64,000 nucleotides of DNA from Elusimicrobia bacterium RIFOXYA2_FULL_39_19 (GCA_001800285.1 MGVC01000014.1:1756-65755); one strand, 5' to 3'. Positions 21,901 through 27,369 are shown, counted from the first letter of the stretch. Made by a program: numbers and translations. The notes: generated from the sequence alone by a model not told the origin.

Positions 21901-24501
21901 CTGGCCGTGAGGGATTGTTTTATTTAACCCGTTATCGCCTTTTGAGGACCACCACAGGGTCATCTGGCCGGGTATTGAGTTGTCAATAACGCTTAAATTA
22001 TCAATCGGCGCAGGAGCTATGTTATCCAACAGGTAGATACTTGGCGTGGCGGTAGCGACAGTATAAATATCATTGCCATTTTTTGAAACTACCGTAATCC
22101 AGTAAGTAGTATCAGAGAAAAGATTTTCAACGGTTGTAAACCCGCCTGTTGCCCATACGGTGGTAGTGAGGTCTACCTGAAAGTTATCTGATGAAACTGA
22201 AATCCTGTACTGAGTATAGGTTGAATTGTTGTTTGTACCCCAACCTACAGACAAGCTCCAGGAAGTAGCATTAATGGCATATGTGCCGGTAGCCGGGTTT
22301 GCCAGAGTATATTTTACAACAGGGGTGCAGGATGATGTACCAATGGGGTTGTACGCTTCAGCGTATCTATAATAGGAAGTGTTAGGTGACAGACTGGCTT
22401 CCAGATAATCAGTTACATTGGCCCCAAGCACACCAAAAAGGCCGCCGGTTGAATTCTTAATTCTATAACCTAATTCTTCGTTTGAGTTATCTATCCAGCT
22501 CCAGTTTATGGCACAGGTTGAAAGTACCAATCCGTTAAAACTTCCTACTGCAGTAGGGGAGGACCAGAAAATTACATTATTAGGGTCGTATTCAAATGCC
22601 GGGCCTGATTTGGGGCCTGCGGCAAACTGCATGGCAATATAACCGGGATAAAACAAATTAGGAGCAGATACGTTTGTTGATATGGATGCATCAAAATAAA
22701 GATTATCAAATGTATATTGAGTTGTACCGCTTTGTAAAATCTGTAAAGCTATTGCGCTATTCTGGAAATTTTGAAAAGCAACTGTACTTAATTTTTGTAT
22801 ATAAGAACCATTTTCAATAACTAATCCCTGATCATTAAGCCCTTCAAGTGTTAAACCTGAAACATTCACGCTGCCGCCGGCTATTACAAACATAATGTAT
22901 TCACCGGTTGTTGAAGAACGGATTACATCTCCCGTTGTATTGGCTGTAACTCCTGCGCCGGTACTTATAATAATTGAACCTGCCACCCTAATAGTACTGT
23001 TATCAGCGTTTCCAAGATCCAATGATCCGCCGTCATAAAACTTCATCTGCCTCCAGATTGTTACGGTGGCAAGCTGTACATCAAATCTGCCGGAAGCATT
23101 CATGTCTTGTTCAACAGTAAGACGGGCGCCGCCGTTAGTAAAATACAGATATGAACCTTTATCCATAGTCAAAGTCTTTTTTACTCTTACCGGTATGCCC
23201 TGTATATACCCGCTTCCCCCGGGATAATTCACAATCCTGAAAGTATCAAGCGTAAGCTGCCCGGTACCGTACATCTGGGAAGCACCTGTGTTATTGGGAA
23301 TTACAACAGTTGAGCCGTCAACCAGGAAAGAACCGTAATTTGTGTTGTTCAAACCATGCATTTTCAGGAGCTTGTTCTGAATATCAAAAACAGCCGATCC
23401 GCCGCCAAAGAATGAGCAACTTCCAGTGATGCTCAAGCTTGGCTTTGCTATGTTTATGATGCCTACGGTCTTATTAGACAGGTAAAGACCCGGCAGAGTA
23501 GTTTCCTCAGGAACATCTATCACAACGTCGTTCCCTGAATCTGATAAAGAAATAGTGCCGTTAGCATAATTAAGCATTGCCCCGGGGTAAACAGTGATAT
23601 TACCGCCAATGGCCGGATTACCGGAACTTGACCACCTATACACACCGCTTTTCACAGTCAGGTCATTTTGTATGCTGAAACCCCAGTTATATGCGTTAAA
23701 TGTACTCATGTTAACCTTATTTATTTCCAAATTATACACATTGCTCGCCGGGCCTCCGCTGTCTGCAATGAATTGTTCATCTGTCCCGTCAATGATAACC
23801 TTGGAATTTGTGTTACTTTCGTCAAAAGTACCGTACCAGCTGCTAAAATCACCTCTGATGTATATAGTTGAACCAGAGATGTTGAAACGTCCATCTCCAC
23901 CCTGGCCTGATATATAACCGCTGTGTCTCATATTTGTAAGGAACAAATAATTGTTATTAAAATAAAGCTTAGCGCCTGTTTTTTTGATGTGAGATATGCA
24001 GTAGAACGTTGTTCCGGGAAGAAGGTACATATACTGGTGGTTGGTCCAGTGGGTGAAAGCGATGGTACTTGTATTTGCTGTGAACTGGCCGCCATTATAC
24101 TTCATGTCACCCAGTATCGAAACGCTGGTGGTAAGCACGTTAAAATTACCGCCGGAAATTGTAAGGTTATTATCTATTGTTATAGTTGTTGAAATATCAA
24201 CATTTGCCAAATAATCAGAATATATATTAAAACTACCAATTCTGACTGTATATGGTATATCCCAGGTACACGGTTTTGAAGGGTTAATGTTTGTGAAGGT
24301 TATATTATCTCCTGGGTTTATAGGATTGTCTGCAACCCAGTTAAACTGGTCAGAAGCAAGATTGCTGGCGCCGCCGCCATCCCATACTTTGTCTTCTGCT
24401 AAAACAGGGATAATAGAAGAAATAACCAATAGGGTGGTTGAAATGATGAATGTTATGAAGAATTTTTTTATGTTTACCATTATTTCTGTTAAATCCTGCA
24501 A
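3910..24501 (-). CDS. Giant (6,863 aa) secreted surface protein/adhesin: ~40 FN3-like repeats, Ig-like domains, beta-propeller, lectin-like domains, C-terminal T9SS-type/FlgD-Ig sorting domain
   Basis: Uninterrupted 20.6-kb ORF; signal peptide (…IPVLA; likely start ATG 24480); recurrent 'L.PNTTYY.R..A.N..G' FN3 motif; C-terminus 'YPNP…VYTIAGELVKTI…WNCRNDAGDLAASGVYL…GKFAIIK'. Confidence 0.92.
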   Translation of the reverse strand: MQDLTEIMVNIKKFFITFIISTTLLVISSIIPVLAEDKVWDGGGASNLASDQFNWVADNPINPGDNITFTNINPSKPCTWDIPYTVRIGSFNIYSDYLANVDISTTITIDNNLTISGGNFNVLTTSVSILGDMKYNGGQFTANTSTIAFTHWTNHQYMYLLPGTTFYCISHIKKTGAKLYFNNNYLFLTNMRHSGYISGQGGDGRFNISGSTIYIRGDFSSWYGTFDESNTNSKVIIDGTDEQFIADSGGPASNVYNLEINKVNMSTFNAYNWGFSIQNDLTVKSGVYRWSSSGNPAIGGNITVYPGAMLNYANGTISLSDSGNDVVIDVPEETTLPGLYLSNKTVGIINIAKPSLSITGSCSFFGGGSAVFDIQNKLLKMHGLNNTNYGSFLVDGSTVVIPNNTGASQMYGTGQLTLDTFRIVNYPGGSGYIQGIPVRVKKTLTMDKGSYLYFTNGGARLTVEQDMNASGRFDVQLATVTIWRQMKFYDGGSLDLGNADNSTIRVAGSIIISTGAGVTANTTGDVIRSSTTGEYIMFVIAGGSVNVSGLTLEGLNDQGLVIENGSYIQKLSTVAFQNFQNSAIALQILQSGTTQYTFDNLYFDASISTNVSAPNLFYPGYIAMQFAAGPKSGPAFEYDPNNVIFWSSPTAVGSFNGLVLSTCAINWSWIDNSNEELGYRIKNSTGGLFGVLGANVTDYLEASLSPNTSYYRYAEAYNPIGTSSCTPVVKYTLANPATGTYAINATSWSLSVGWGTNNNSTYTQYRISVSSDNFQVDLTTTVWATGGFTTVENLFSDTTYWITVVSKNGNDIYTVATATPSIYLLDNIAPAPIDNLSVIDNSIPGQMTLWWSSKGDNGLNKTIPHGQFNIQHASYTANLTWSVTSAQITISTANVSFGEPQIWRVTNLLEKTTYYLRAWTQDKAGNWSELSNSATTYTADMTVHTWDGGGADNFASNNLNWVGDIVPSSGDSVIFGSINPTKYCDWDLPSNVAFSTFSIQDGYSSNVNINTNIIIDDLNISTGIFNINASSITVKGNLTYTAGMFSANTSTICFSNKSFYNQNINVLPGTTFYSLFIDNDVSNTRNVFLQDKRIQINGNLNFYYGWLNTNGSTISFRGDINNSGGNGVFANNGTWILDKNGNQTINNSSNTFSNLEINKVNQSTVTILSDINITGSLTVSNGVFRQTSNNTNVDGNITLINPGVLNVQNLCFINENNVSLNLPANYSIKSLYINKSLSTWAVSTVNDLEITGELLVTTGWFDFANKKVTLSNGNVSLDTNGDFTVYGSTFVFAGSSSAVNGIKTIVFDSVQVNKNTGQELVINQPVKANKYFQFNSGKIELNNKLTVIQYSNINSNFNVKTGTFNAVGPVNINDSGVLDMTNSNSGIVELGDGLTVYPGGLVKTDSLLDVITSTASTNYFNFDVNGGSVNITALSLDHSRGITVADGSFLQAFSSVTFTNCEYGKSALTLLQNGTSNYTFPNFSFDATVSSNVYVPNLVYPGYVAMPYSAGGHFGIAYEKDPNNVTFWIHDILAQAAGFMGTAKSAASIEWGWTDMADDEQLYKVFASTGGIIGTVQSNTTYFIESNLMPNTTYSRYVQTYNPLGTKDAPSNGQYTLANPPDLDAMIWNYIGFSSITFTWSKNSNPDGTPYEISFSSDNFVNDISTPIPFGLNFTGNTTTFNGLDGDTNYYFRGRAKNGVSIDSVFSVTTSTKTQKDLTPPTISISTPANNSYTKELNSTQGQAQDNVLVTQTEIKFVRVADGYEWNGSSFASGSNWYNVNQPYSAWDFNSSVISFESGFSYQAVARSKDSSSNYSTVYATANFVFDISTPIALVSYPANSASYKALTSITGTSIDNVRIQDVLLEIKDLVYPATYYNGSAWVDFSTWVYVSAQDGTFNSTNEIWTYDASGITWPEGHQIQLAVRAIDAANNNGDTSPVSSFYYDVTKPTATIAIPVNSQPYKGGQLASITGTFNDKSPGTVSTVNLKIRRSDGQFWTGSGWGAEIWLTTSTAGEPVNFSLAGSSWSYNFSDANKTTGSEYTIIAMAIDNAENDQTVFTAGTSSNTFIYDNEAPETFVTFPTGTYLNSLPTISGTVADITAGAYMVGVSTSLAKSGSVKMVIFDNTTNKYWNGVSWIVTVSTRDCIPDNPAQPNYTVWKSSENVDWQSDNENLIYVFGTDDIGNEEISSVKYTVYIDTQAPGQITTLEAYQSGTANTIKLSWMTPGDNGYSNTLASGSEYRIQYSTWTGVTWSTSVAVSLSTSAVTPGTRVTVSVALPLNAEYYFRVWTKDESNNWSVISSSPNAYNSPFTFETVDGAGQTLGQYVSQAIDKSNNIHAVYRNIAGSLFYNKRTGISWGGSVEIDPGMSKSYFSIAVDVNNNPHVSYVDDDNFDLKYAKYNGVAWSTYTIDSMDINGAQTSIAIDPKGNPNISYWHDYVGFQYLKFAKYDGVNWSTHTADSLHSCGTNSSLAIDAQGNAHISHYFSTDGDLKYASYDGLQWSTSTIDANGNVGQYTALAIGGSGDPHIAYWDSVNYDLKYARFTGSTWTVSTVDSSNVGGYISIALDGSENPVIAYYESSIGNLKFARFTGSQWDISTVDSLNDAGQYTSLSIDGNGDAHIVYLDVTNSDLKAAHWTGASLAAPMGGNARGKVQSPVNFIASAVNTSSITWQWTDNASNELGFRVYSATSVPYIMLADTNTISAVGGTGSNGSWVQTNITPNTSWQCYVTAVNAGGVVTSSGSSVVWTNAQQPVYSFSNVYVSSMAVYWSTGANPPYTEYYVECSSVSYGFQPATVNTGWVAGAGFWTVSNTLVPNTQYYFRIKARNLENTETGWVNLVSTATLCSVPGMPPSPASNITSQALRINWLTGTPANPGWSNYLAECSSISIGGPVVISSITKNNYADFAALSPNVTYYFQVKAVSVDNMSTVDTPLGSTHTLCNVPGLYGITDITTGTIMLNWTTNSNPAGTSYLAETSSESIGGPYNYSSAWQNTTYYMFTGLNINTTYWFRISAKNYDNVLTTYTFVWTGVTLCETPTSANWSLTTDVQHNINWNGDASGNPSSTIYIIQVATAANFSTISKEGETTRSVLGWGVGALTPNTTYYGRLIARNRAGVEAIYNIPNSSATVCQQPDNIVWGTAASNSMIVDFSADATANPADTIYTAVLSSSTDFSTIKTQEGTKASSTLNVTGLLINTTYYGKLIATNRMGTMVENTFDSGNGKATLCEAPNGLAWGSSGATSLRVNWTDTTGNPDNTVYIVTIGTSSDISTVVTSSSAFRSGGGNGSTLLVNNILPNTSYYAKVTAYNRASVGNSTDVGTLRVTDAMPPDITSYGTVTNNSIIVNWGTGESPANPDNTQYILQASTDESFSFLSSPEIVRLRSDLNVTIPSLNPNTTYFVRLIARNWAGSAVLSQLPQTWKATLCTAPDAASYGTISTGTIGLNWGTSEVPANPDNTIYLVQTATSTNFSTITKQYSGLRLDLAGTVTALTENTTYFIRLVARNREANEQYYSVAGQNWKATYTQQPAGSFTYLVINSDYISISQTDTSSNPDDTLYSIEASTAADFSTVTASTGTKASGTIVVTNLVPDTTYFMQVRAINREGIPSNTTNVASGNSAVSACETPDVANWSGVSAISIQINWTGDTTNNQDDTVYIGRISTSSDMSSYQEKTGIKSDNFVSFNGLTANTSYYGKLYARNHAGSEKSIDVYSGIPKPTLCSMPGGAGWGSNSSIDTLEIVWSDVANPPDTVFITEVSTSSDFSTNYSSITVNYLSTTTITGLTVNTTYYGRVTAVNREGQQSSPSDISTPKPTLANPATGSYLNNVTTFSIVVNWYKNGNPDYTRYGIIRSTDNFTTSNITVINESANWNTNSYTDSSLQIDTSYFYKICAYNESGIITAYDITVSTLTIPLAPDAPAGISAIATVNSIQWNWTKGTNADGHRVKSSGDDVNLSGDLAQNVTYWDQTGFTANISTSIYIESFNVMGSSASGSYSKYTLADMPNPISFGSIGTDNIQVDFGSDNNSAGTFYCVEVSTMVDYSWGIIYENVWTANVVHNTLNPDTSYYYRIRARNGDNVYSNYAANIDTATAVNVPGTLNVVSIGISSAGVSWGQSNQVWTEYEVFASTGDNLSYGLISSGIGAGPVTHNTLDPNTTYYYQVRAKNVRGGYSTFNSEVSTVTYCSQPASVTYGTVTSTTMQVSWGASTPDNPSDTTYQLKVSSTPDFITVYTSETVRSAGNAEITGLSPNTTYYVIVAAINRFHIKNSVQPSPDWKATNCNTPVNIIWSYQSLDSLDIDWWSDSSGNPADTTYIPQISTATDFTTIVISSQTTKETGAVTLDSLTANTTYYGRLIARNRELEDAVYTLPVTSVTYCAVPAGVTYGPGDTYLDINWSDTTNNPENTVYIAQISLANDFSSIDGSSFTNIQNGTANISPLIPNTTYYGRLIARNHAGKDEIYNLGVKVTNAELANNINWTGITPTSLQLDWSGDTATNPANTVYTAVVSTSSSMSAPYFTSSTVKGAGNAVVANLTPNTTYYGRIWAVNWENSTGVASPAPVANITYANQPLSTYIDNITSSTLRINWLKNSNPDYTRYGILRSVDNFTSTTTIKTFTDSLQVNNYIDTGLSSGNTYYYKVCAYNETGTPTIFDTTASSYTSNAPDYVAPTVGVTKPSLAFYSALASITGTADDNIEVSTVQVRIIRLSDNNEWNGSTFTAGPAWNGVTVFTNPTWTYNPVPAWVSDSSYTVIAKSQDSSTNWSDIYSTFTFTYDNTNTSVPSLLTPTDTSAVNLGNVSFDWSDSSDIAGIAEYELLVSTSADFGAISYSSVPAISAVTLLNMGSKGYFWKVRSKDSLSNYSAFSSTFSLLVDTVPPVNLTFDTNNIYVTSITVLQANLSANDELLGLAGTPYYLQLSTDNITWGNFNEGWTSSATFTTLTPNTTYWLRVKVKDSLSNETQYTSSIAKLTFAQPPVSSYLNAVTSTTITVNWSDNTNPGYTKFALERSTDNFATSVTLLNFASNWVTYSYADSLLLSDSSYYYRVSAYNETGAVTVPDVVVSTRTKMGSLDAPAGLTGTALSTNIIMWNWNTVSFADGYRIRSFTGDANLSGDLSASTTWWNQQGLSANISTNVYVESFNAEGSAPSGPQLKYALATVPGFAVFSSVGNNYIQADWTQNGNANGTDYVVECSSVSTAGPVFVSSDTKNIYAEFWNLDPNTTYYFQVMARNGNSIDSQYIDLTTKVTLCNTPNSTGYGTVLSNSIEIIWVASVPDNPADTPYVVQAATSSDFSTITSQQSRLRSDASGTLGSLNPNTTYYIRILAGNRVGLQTVGYAAQPWNATLPESPNGLNWGTVTQSSLIADWSSDATSNPADTRYVFEVSSQAAFSSIQGSSESVKSDTAQKQIINLTPNTTYYGRVTVISRTAASVSSGLPAYNMTLANFPSGSYVNNVTSYSITVNWSNNQNPSYTKYGILRSSDSVWATTVTVRDFSNGLTGTNYTDTGLTIYTTYYYKVCAYSENSQPTNFDSVISTLTILPAPLAPTLSGTPLSTNSIQWSWVPGTFAFGHRVRSDADNANLSGDLAASVTYWIMTGLSVNSSSNVYVQAYNPSGTANSTALTKYSMAEVPGSAAMVMVGLSSTTITWGDTNPAGTNYQVARATDTSFATTTLGTLTAGTTSTITTLTQGTTYYIKVRAQNTDSIFTNFNSTISIITDRVPNGPPTAVNLIYPVASTVVTTLNPYFNWTAATDPEADPVSYEVQYTTDSGFGGYSFVSGITGTTGYTLATPLMDNASYYWRIRSYATGGSTLSSTSTFMGAFTVDTVPNAPAAFNLLSPADGVINGTTTITLDWQDSSDADLGASLTYSIYYSTYITFANTMTVTGLVPSIYNFAFLSDNTYYWKVAAVDNSGLTTFSSQEIKFVIDTADKVSPAAITTLSANTGDSEGEILLSWNSTGDDDVSGIFNGAFRIAYATSASVGWAYTNAQITISTAGISSGTTMAYKLAGLYPDATYYFRIWAVDDYGNYSDISNAATTYARNLAPAAPASLQLTVQPEGGQLNLSWLTSSEPDIKAYKLYRSIASGNLASKSYIATILNPSVSYQDKSVANNTTYYYQLTAIDNTNYESSASSEVNGCPVMLFTAGSVHITFSEYNQYYSTITRFEASETWVGAVSVSTGYKEGSSALLLTSMNSAVVASTFNFVTGMTYSKLNDSDGLSLWINVDDQNNLSYIKLVFGYTADFANRIEYTINNLTTGWNKVNITRADGAKAGTFFWNNVVAVHIDAVSMPGKTASVIVDDLRMVSGVNTTGGIWQQNSGVWALEEGSAGNTVYSQQDTRAGNKVSLLTTRTYTDFTYYTKMKMVEGLDAGVVFRADGTQGYKFSNEGSTFTFTLKTLSGTQLSQGTYNISNGTWYYVKVYTSGTTKRVYMSADGVTYTLVCEETVSNDYTGGYVGLYANATYAQFDDVHIMFNPASLAVTASDKQAVLTWTMSNTVSFSKYFVYRSSVSADGTQNAYEKIRTVTVAGITDTDNLENGVTYYYKVTAVDTADYESGHIGPEKALPYEIIAPDTILGKVTQKDGTPLSTIPCEALLNDTVVKKVYTYTDGTYNFTGLTENTTYIIRVSLYEGEKVSLVYREVKTGTKSVNFTLEIDYELATISGQMAGYKATGKLSAMSAAKFSDYKFRAKALVPGNGIGYVEIYHLKDGPGTTLRIPIDNSGKYEIPNLLPGKYVVKGYNGVVYSTMKVLDVKEGQRVSITLSFQGILDGKTISYPNPSTIGSLTLKYYTGYNVPESQIKVYTIAGELVKTINDAEIDVIIETNANRKYVWNCRNDAGDLAASGVYLFILEVKDNANGEKARFIGKFAIIK

Positions 24502-24625
24502 ATTTAAATTATATTTTATTTATATACAACAAATTAAAGTAAGAAGTGTAATTAATAATACTATCTGCCCTGGGGTTTATCTACTGTTATAGTAATAGCC
24601 CATAAAGGCCTAAAAGTCAATGGAC

Positions 24626-24660
24626 AGTGACAAAAATCACCTGCTGTGACAAAAAACACG
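24626..24660. promoter_or_regulatory. Tandem GTGA-N6-(T/A)CAC sites (CRP/FNR-family-like) upstream of the giant gene
   Basis: aGTGAcaaaaaTCACc and TGTGAcaaaaaACACg; direct repeat gtgacaaaaa at 24627 and 24646, next to a minus-strand TTGACT (24615-24620). Confidence 0.3.
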
Positions 24661-24697
24661 AAAAACTATGAAAAATGCTCTTTTTTGGATATGGTGT

Positions 24698-25567
24698 TTA
24701 CTGAGAAAGAAATGATTTTAATTCGTCGTCTTTGGGGTTTAGCTTAAAAGCTTCGCGCCAAACTTGTATGGCTTTTGATTTTTTATTAAGTGCATAATAA
24801 GCCGACCCTAAACGTTTCATGGCCATAGCATTGGATGGTTCAAGTTCTAAAACACTATTGCATTCTACTATAGCTCTGTCATATTTAGCATCGTAAATAT
24901 AATTTAATGAAGCTACTAATTTCTGTTCTACCAGGGTCATTCCTGGCACAACCTCCACCGCTTTCAGCTGGTTGGGGTACTCTTCTTCAATCACGTTGAC
25001 AAATTTTTCAATCCTACCATCCGAAGGGTTTAACTGGCCTGCATAAATTATGGAATGCAGAGCAGTTTTAAACTTTGCGCTGGGTTTAATGTATTCCCTC
25101 ACAGCAAACCTTATTAATTTGCCGTTTTTTGTTTGAGCTGTTTCATCGCCGAAAGCTTCCTGGATTTTTCTTATTTTACCGTAAAGTTTTTTTAATTCCG
25201 TGTTATTTGGTGAGGTTTCCAGTGCGGTTTTCATATTGCTTAAAGCATCGGTATACCTGCCGGCATTGTAACTTTCCTCAACACTTTTTAGGACTTTGCT
25301 GTATTTTTCCATCAATTTCTGTTTGGCAAATTCTATAAGTTTCGGCGGCTGTACCTGTGTAGGGTCCAGTTTTAAAATCTGTTCCCAGTAAGAAATGGCT
25401 TTGCTGAAATCATTGGCCTGAAAGGACCTTATGGCAGTATCATAGTACGCTTTTATTAAACTCTGTTTTTCTTTTTCTGATAATACTTTTTCCTGCGCAA
25501 AAACATTTGCACCGGTAATTATCGGAATAAGCATAATTGCTAAAAATATTTTAGTTTTTCTTTTCAT
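24698..25567 (-). CDS. Exported TPR protein
   Basis: Signal peptide; TPR motifs (AISYWEQILKLDP; AMKRLGSAYYAL…AIQVWREAFKLNP); overlaps the upstream motB by 17 bp. Confidence 0.85.
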   Translation of the reverse strand: MKRKTKIFLAIMLIPIITGANVFAQEKVLSEKEKQSLIKAYYDTAIRSFQANDFSKAISYWEQILKLDPTQVQPPKLIEFAKQKLMEKYSKVLKSVEESYNAGRYTDALSNMKTALETSPNNTELKKLYGKIRKIQEAFGDETAQTKNGKLIRFAVREYIKPSAKFKTALHSIIYAGQLNPSDGRIEKFVNVIEEEYPNQLKAVEVVPGMTLVEQKLVASLNYIYDAKYDRAIVECNSVLELEPSNAMAMKRLGSAYYALNKKSKAIQVWREAFKLNPKDDELKSFLSQ

Positions 25568-26243
25568 CTTTTTTATCGCTTTTCCCCTGGCTTCTTAAAA
25601 TACTTATTTCAATTCTTCTATTTTTTGCGCGGCCTTCTTCCGTATCATTGGATTCCAAAGGATGAAACTCGCCGTAACCATAAACAGTAAAACGTTTTGA
25701 ATCTATTTTTTCTTCGTCCATAAGATATTTTATTACGCTAAAAGCCCGGGCTGCGGATAATTCCCAGTTTGAATCATACTTTCCCACTCCGGCTCTTACC
25801 GGAATGTTGTCCGTATAACCTTCTACTACAATATTATTCGGCATGTCCTTTATAATTTTCGCTATGCCTGACAAACTTTTTGCCGCTTCCGGTTTTAAAG
25901 CCGCTTCACCTGAATTATAAAGCACGGGTGCCGGCAGGGATATTTTTATTCTTTGAGAATTAATTTCTATTCTTGCAGTATCCTGCAGTTCGGATGACAA
26001 TTTATTTGCTGCGTCCGATTCTTTTGATTTCTGGCTGGCATCTTCATCTACCTTGCCACCCATGGCTGACTGTACGTTTGAAAGCAGTTTTTCTGACTCC
26101 AGACCCCCCATTGCTGATACGGAGTATAACAATAGGAAGAAGATCATTAAAGTAGTTATCAGGTCAGCATAAGGGACAACCCAACTGGATGGGTCATAAA
26201 GTGCCCTTTTATCTACCTTACCGCCAATATCTCCACCAGACAT
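25551..26243 (-). CDS. motB: MotB-family stator subunit (OmpA-like peptidoglycan-binding domain), paralogue 2
   Basis: TM 'WVVPYADLITTLMIFFLLLYS' with conserved Asp; 'VEGYTDNIP', 'NWELSAARA', 'GYGEFHP', 'NRRIEI'. Confidence 0.9.
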   Translation of the reverse strand: MSGGDIGGKVDKRALYDPSSWVVPYADLITTLMIFFLLLYSVSAMGGLESEKLLSNVQSAMGGKVDEDASQKSKESDAANKLSSELQDTARIEINSQRIKISLPAPVLYNSGEAALKPEAAKSLSGIAKIIKDMPNNIVVEGYTDNIPVRAGVGKYDSNWELSAARAFSVIKYLMDEEKIDSKRFTVYGYGEFHPLESNDTEEGRAKNRRIEISILRSQGKSDKKDEKKN

Positions 26244-26245
26244 AA

Positions 26246-26550
26246 ATAAAACCTCAAGTTTTATTTACCCAGACGCTTTGGTTTTTTAAGCCGCATGGTG
26301 CGGATGAAAAACCAGTCAGGGTATAAAACCTCAATTTCCTTTACCCAGACGTTTTGGTTTTTTAAGCCGCATGGTGCGGATGAAAAACCAGTCAGGGCAT
26401 AAAACCTCAATTTCCTTTACCCAGACGTTTTGGTTTTTTAAGCCGCATGGTGCGGATGAAAAACCAGTCAGGGTATAAAACCTCAATTTCCTTTACCCAA
26501 ACGTTTTGGTTTTTTAAGCCGCATGGTGCGGATGAAAAACCAGTCAGGGT
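26246..26550. repeat. Four tandem 76-bp units, each a long hairpin
   Basis: ccgcatggtgcgg cores at 26291, 26367, 26443 and 26519; unit taccc-agac…tggttttt…ccgca tgg tgcgg…aaaaacca-gtc-agggta plus an ~18-bp linker. Confidence 0.95.
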
Positions 26551-26562
26551 CATAATTTCAAA

Positions 26563-26643
26563 AAGTGATTAAGTGATTAGGTTGTTAAGTGGTTAGTAAA
26601 TTATTTTAACTAAACACTAACCACTTAATCACTATTCACTATT
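26563..26643. repeat. Inverted pair of octamer arrays
   Basis: aagtgatt aagtgatt aggttgtt aagtggtt … ctaaccacttaatcact immediately after the stop codon of motB paralogue 1. Confidence 0.7.
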
Positions 26644-26645
26644 TT

Positions 26646-27305
26646 TTATCTAATTACATTTATTTCAATTCTTCTGTTTTGTGCCCTGTTTTCGGGTGTA
26701 TCGTTCGGGTAAAGGGGCCTGAACTCGCCATACCCTGCCACTATAAACTTTTCTGACGACATTCCCTTTACTTTGGTAAAATAGTCAATTACACTTACAG
26801 CCCGGGCAATAGACAATTCCCAGTTGGTTGTATATCTCCCCGCTTTTAACGGTATATTATCAGTATGCCCTTCAACAACAACTTTATTGGGCAGTGCTTT
26901 CAGAGACTTGGCTATTTCATCTAATCCCAACGCTGTTTCTTTAGTAATTTCTACTTTACCTGTTTCAAAAAGCACAGGAGAAGTAAGCAGGATACGTATC
27001 ATTTTATCATTAACTTCAAGTTTTGCCAGTTTATCCAGTTTTTCTTTTTCTGAATCCAGCTTGCTTACCGCTTCCTGTTCCTGAATCTGCTTTAAAATTC
27101 TTTGGGCGCGGTCCGTCATGGCGGCATCCTTGCTTACCATGCTGGTTAGGGCAGACTGAATATTAGTTCTTTTGCTTTCATCCATACGGGTAAAAGCATA
27201 GGACATTAGAAAGAACAAAGTCAGGTTTGTAATAATATCCGCATATATTGTCAGCCAGATGGAACTTTGCTGCATTATTCTTACCGGCCGTTTACGTTTT
27301 TTCAT
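26646..27305 (-). CDS. motB: MotB-family stator subunit, paralogue 1
   Basis: TM 'WLTIYADIITNLTLFFLMSYA'; 'VEGHTDNIP', 'NWELSIARA', 'GYGEFRP', 'NRRIEI'. Confidence 0.9.
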   Translation of the reverse strand: MKKRKRPVRIMQQSSIWLTIYADIITNLTLFFLMSYAFTRMDESKRTNIQSALTSMVSKDAAMTDRAQRILKQIQEQEAVSKLDSEKEKLDKLAKLEVNDKMIRILLTSPVLFETGKVEITKETALGLDEIAKSLKALPNKVVVEGHTDNIPLKAGRYTTNWELSIARAVSVIDYFTKVKGMSSEKFIVAGYGEFRPLYPNDTPENRAQNRRIEINVIR

Positions 27306-27369
27306 GATTAACGAACAATGTTAGGGGATTAATTTATTGTTTATGGGCAAATAAGTTTGCCCTTATATT

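Noticed and set aside
3910-24501. Diversity-generating retroelement target or polymorphic toxin
   Set aside because: I saw no reverse transcriptase, no adenine-specific TR/VR pair, no RHS/YD core and no toxin-immunity pair.
26246-26550. CRISPR array
   Set aside because: Units are near-identical over the full 76 bp, there are no unique spacers, and no cas genes are in the window.
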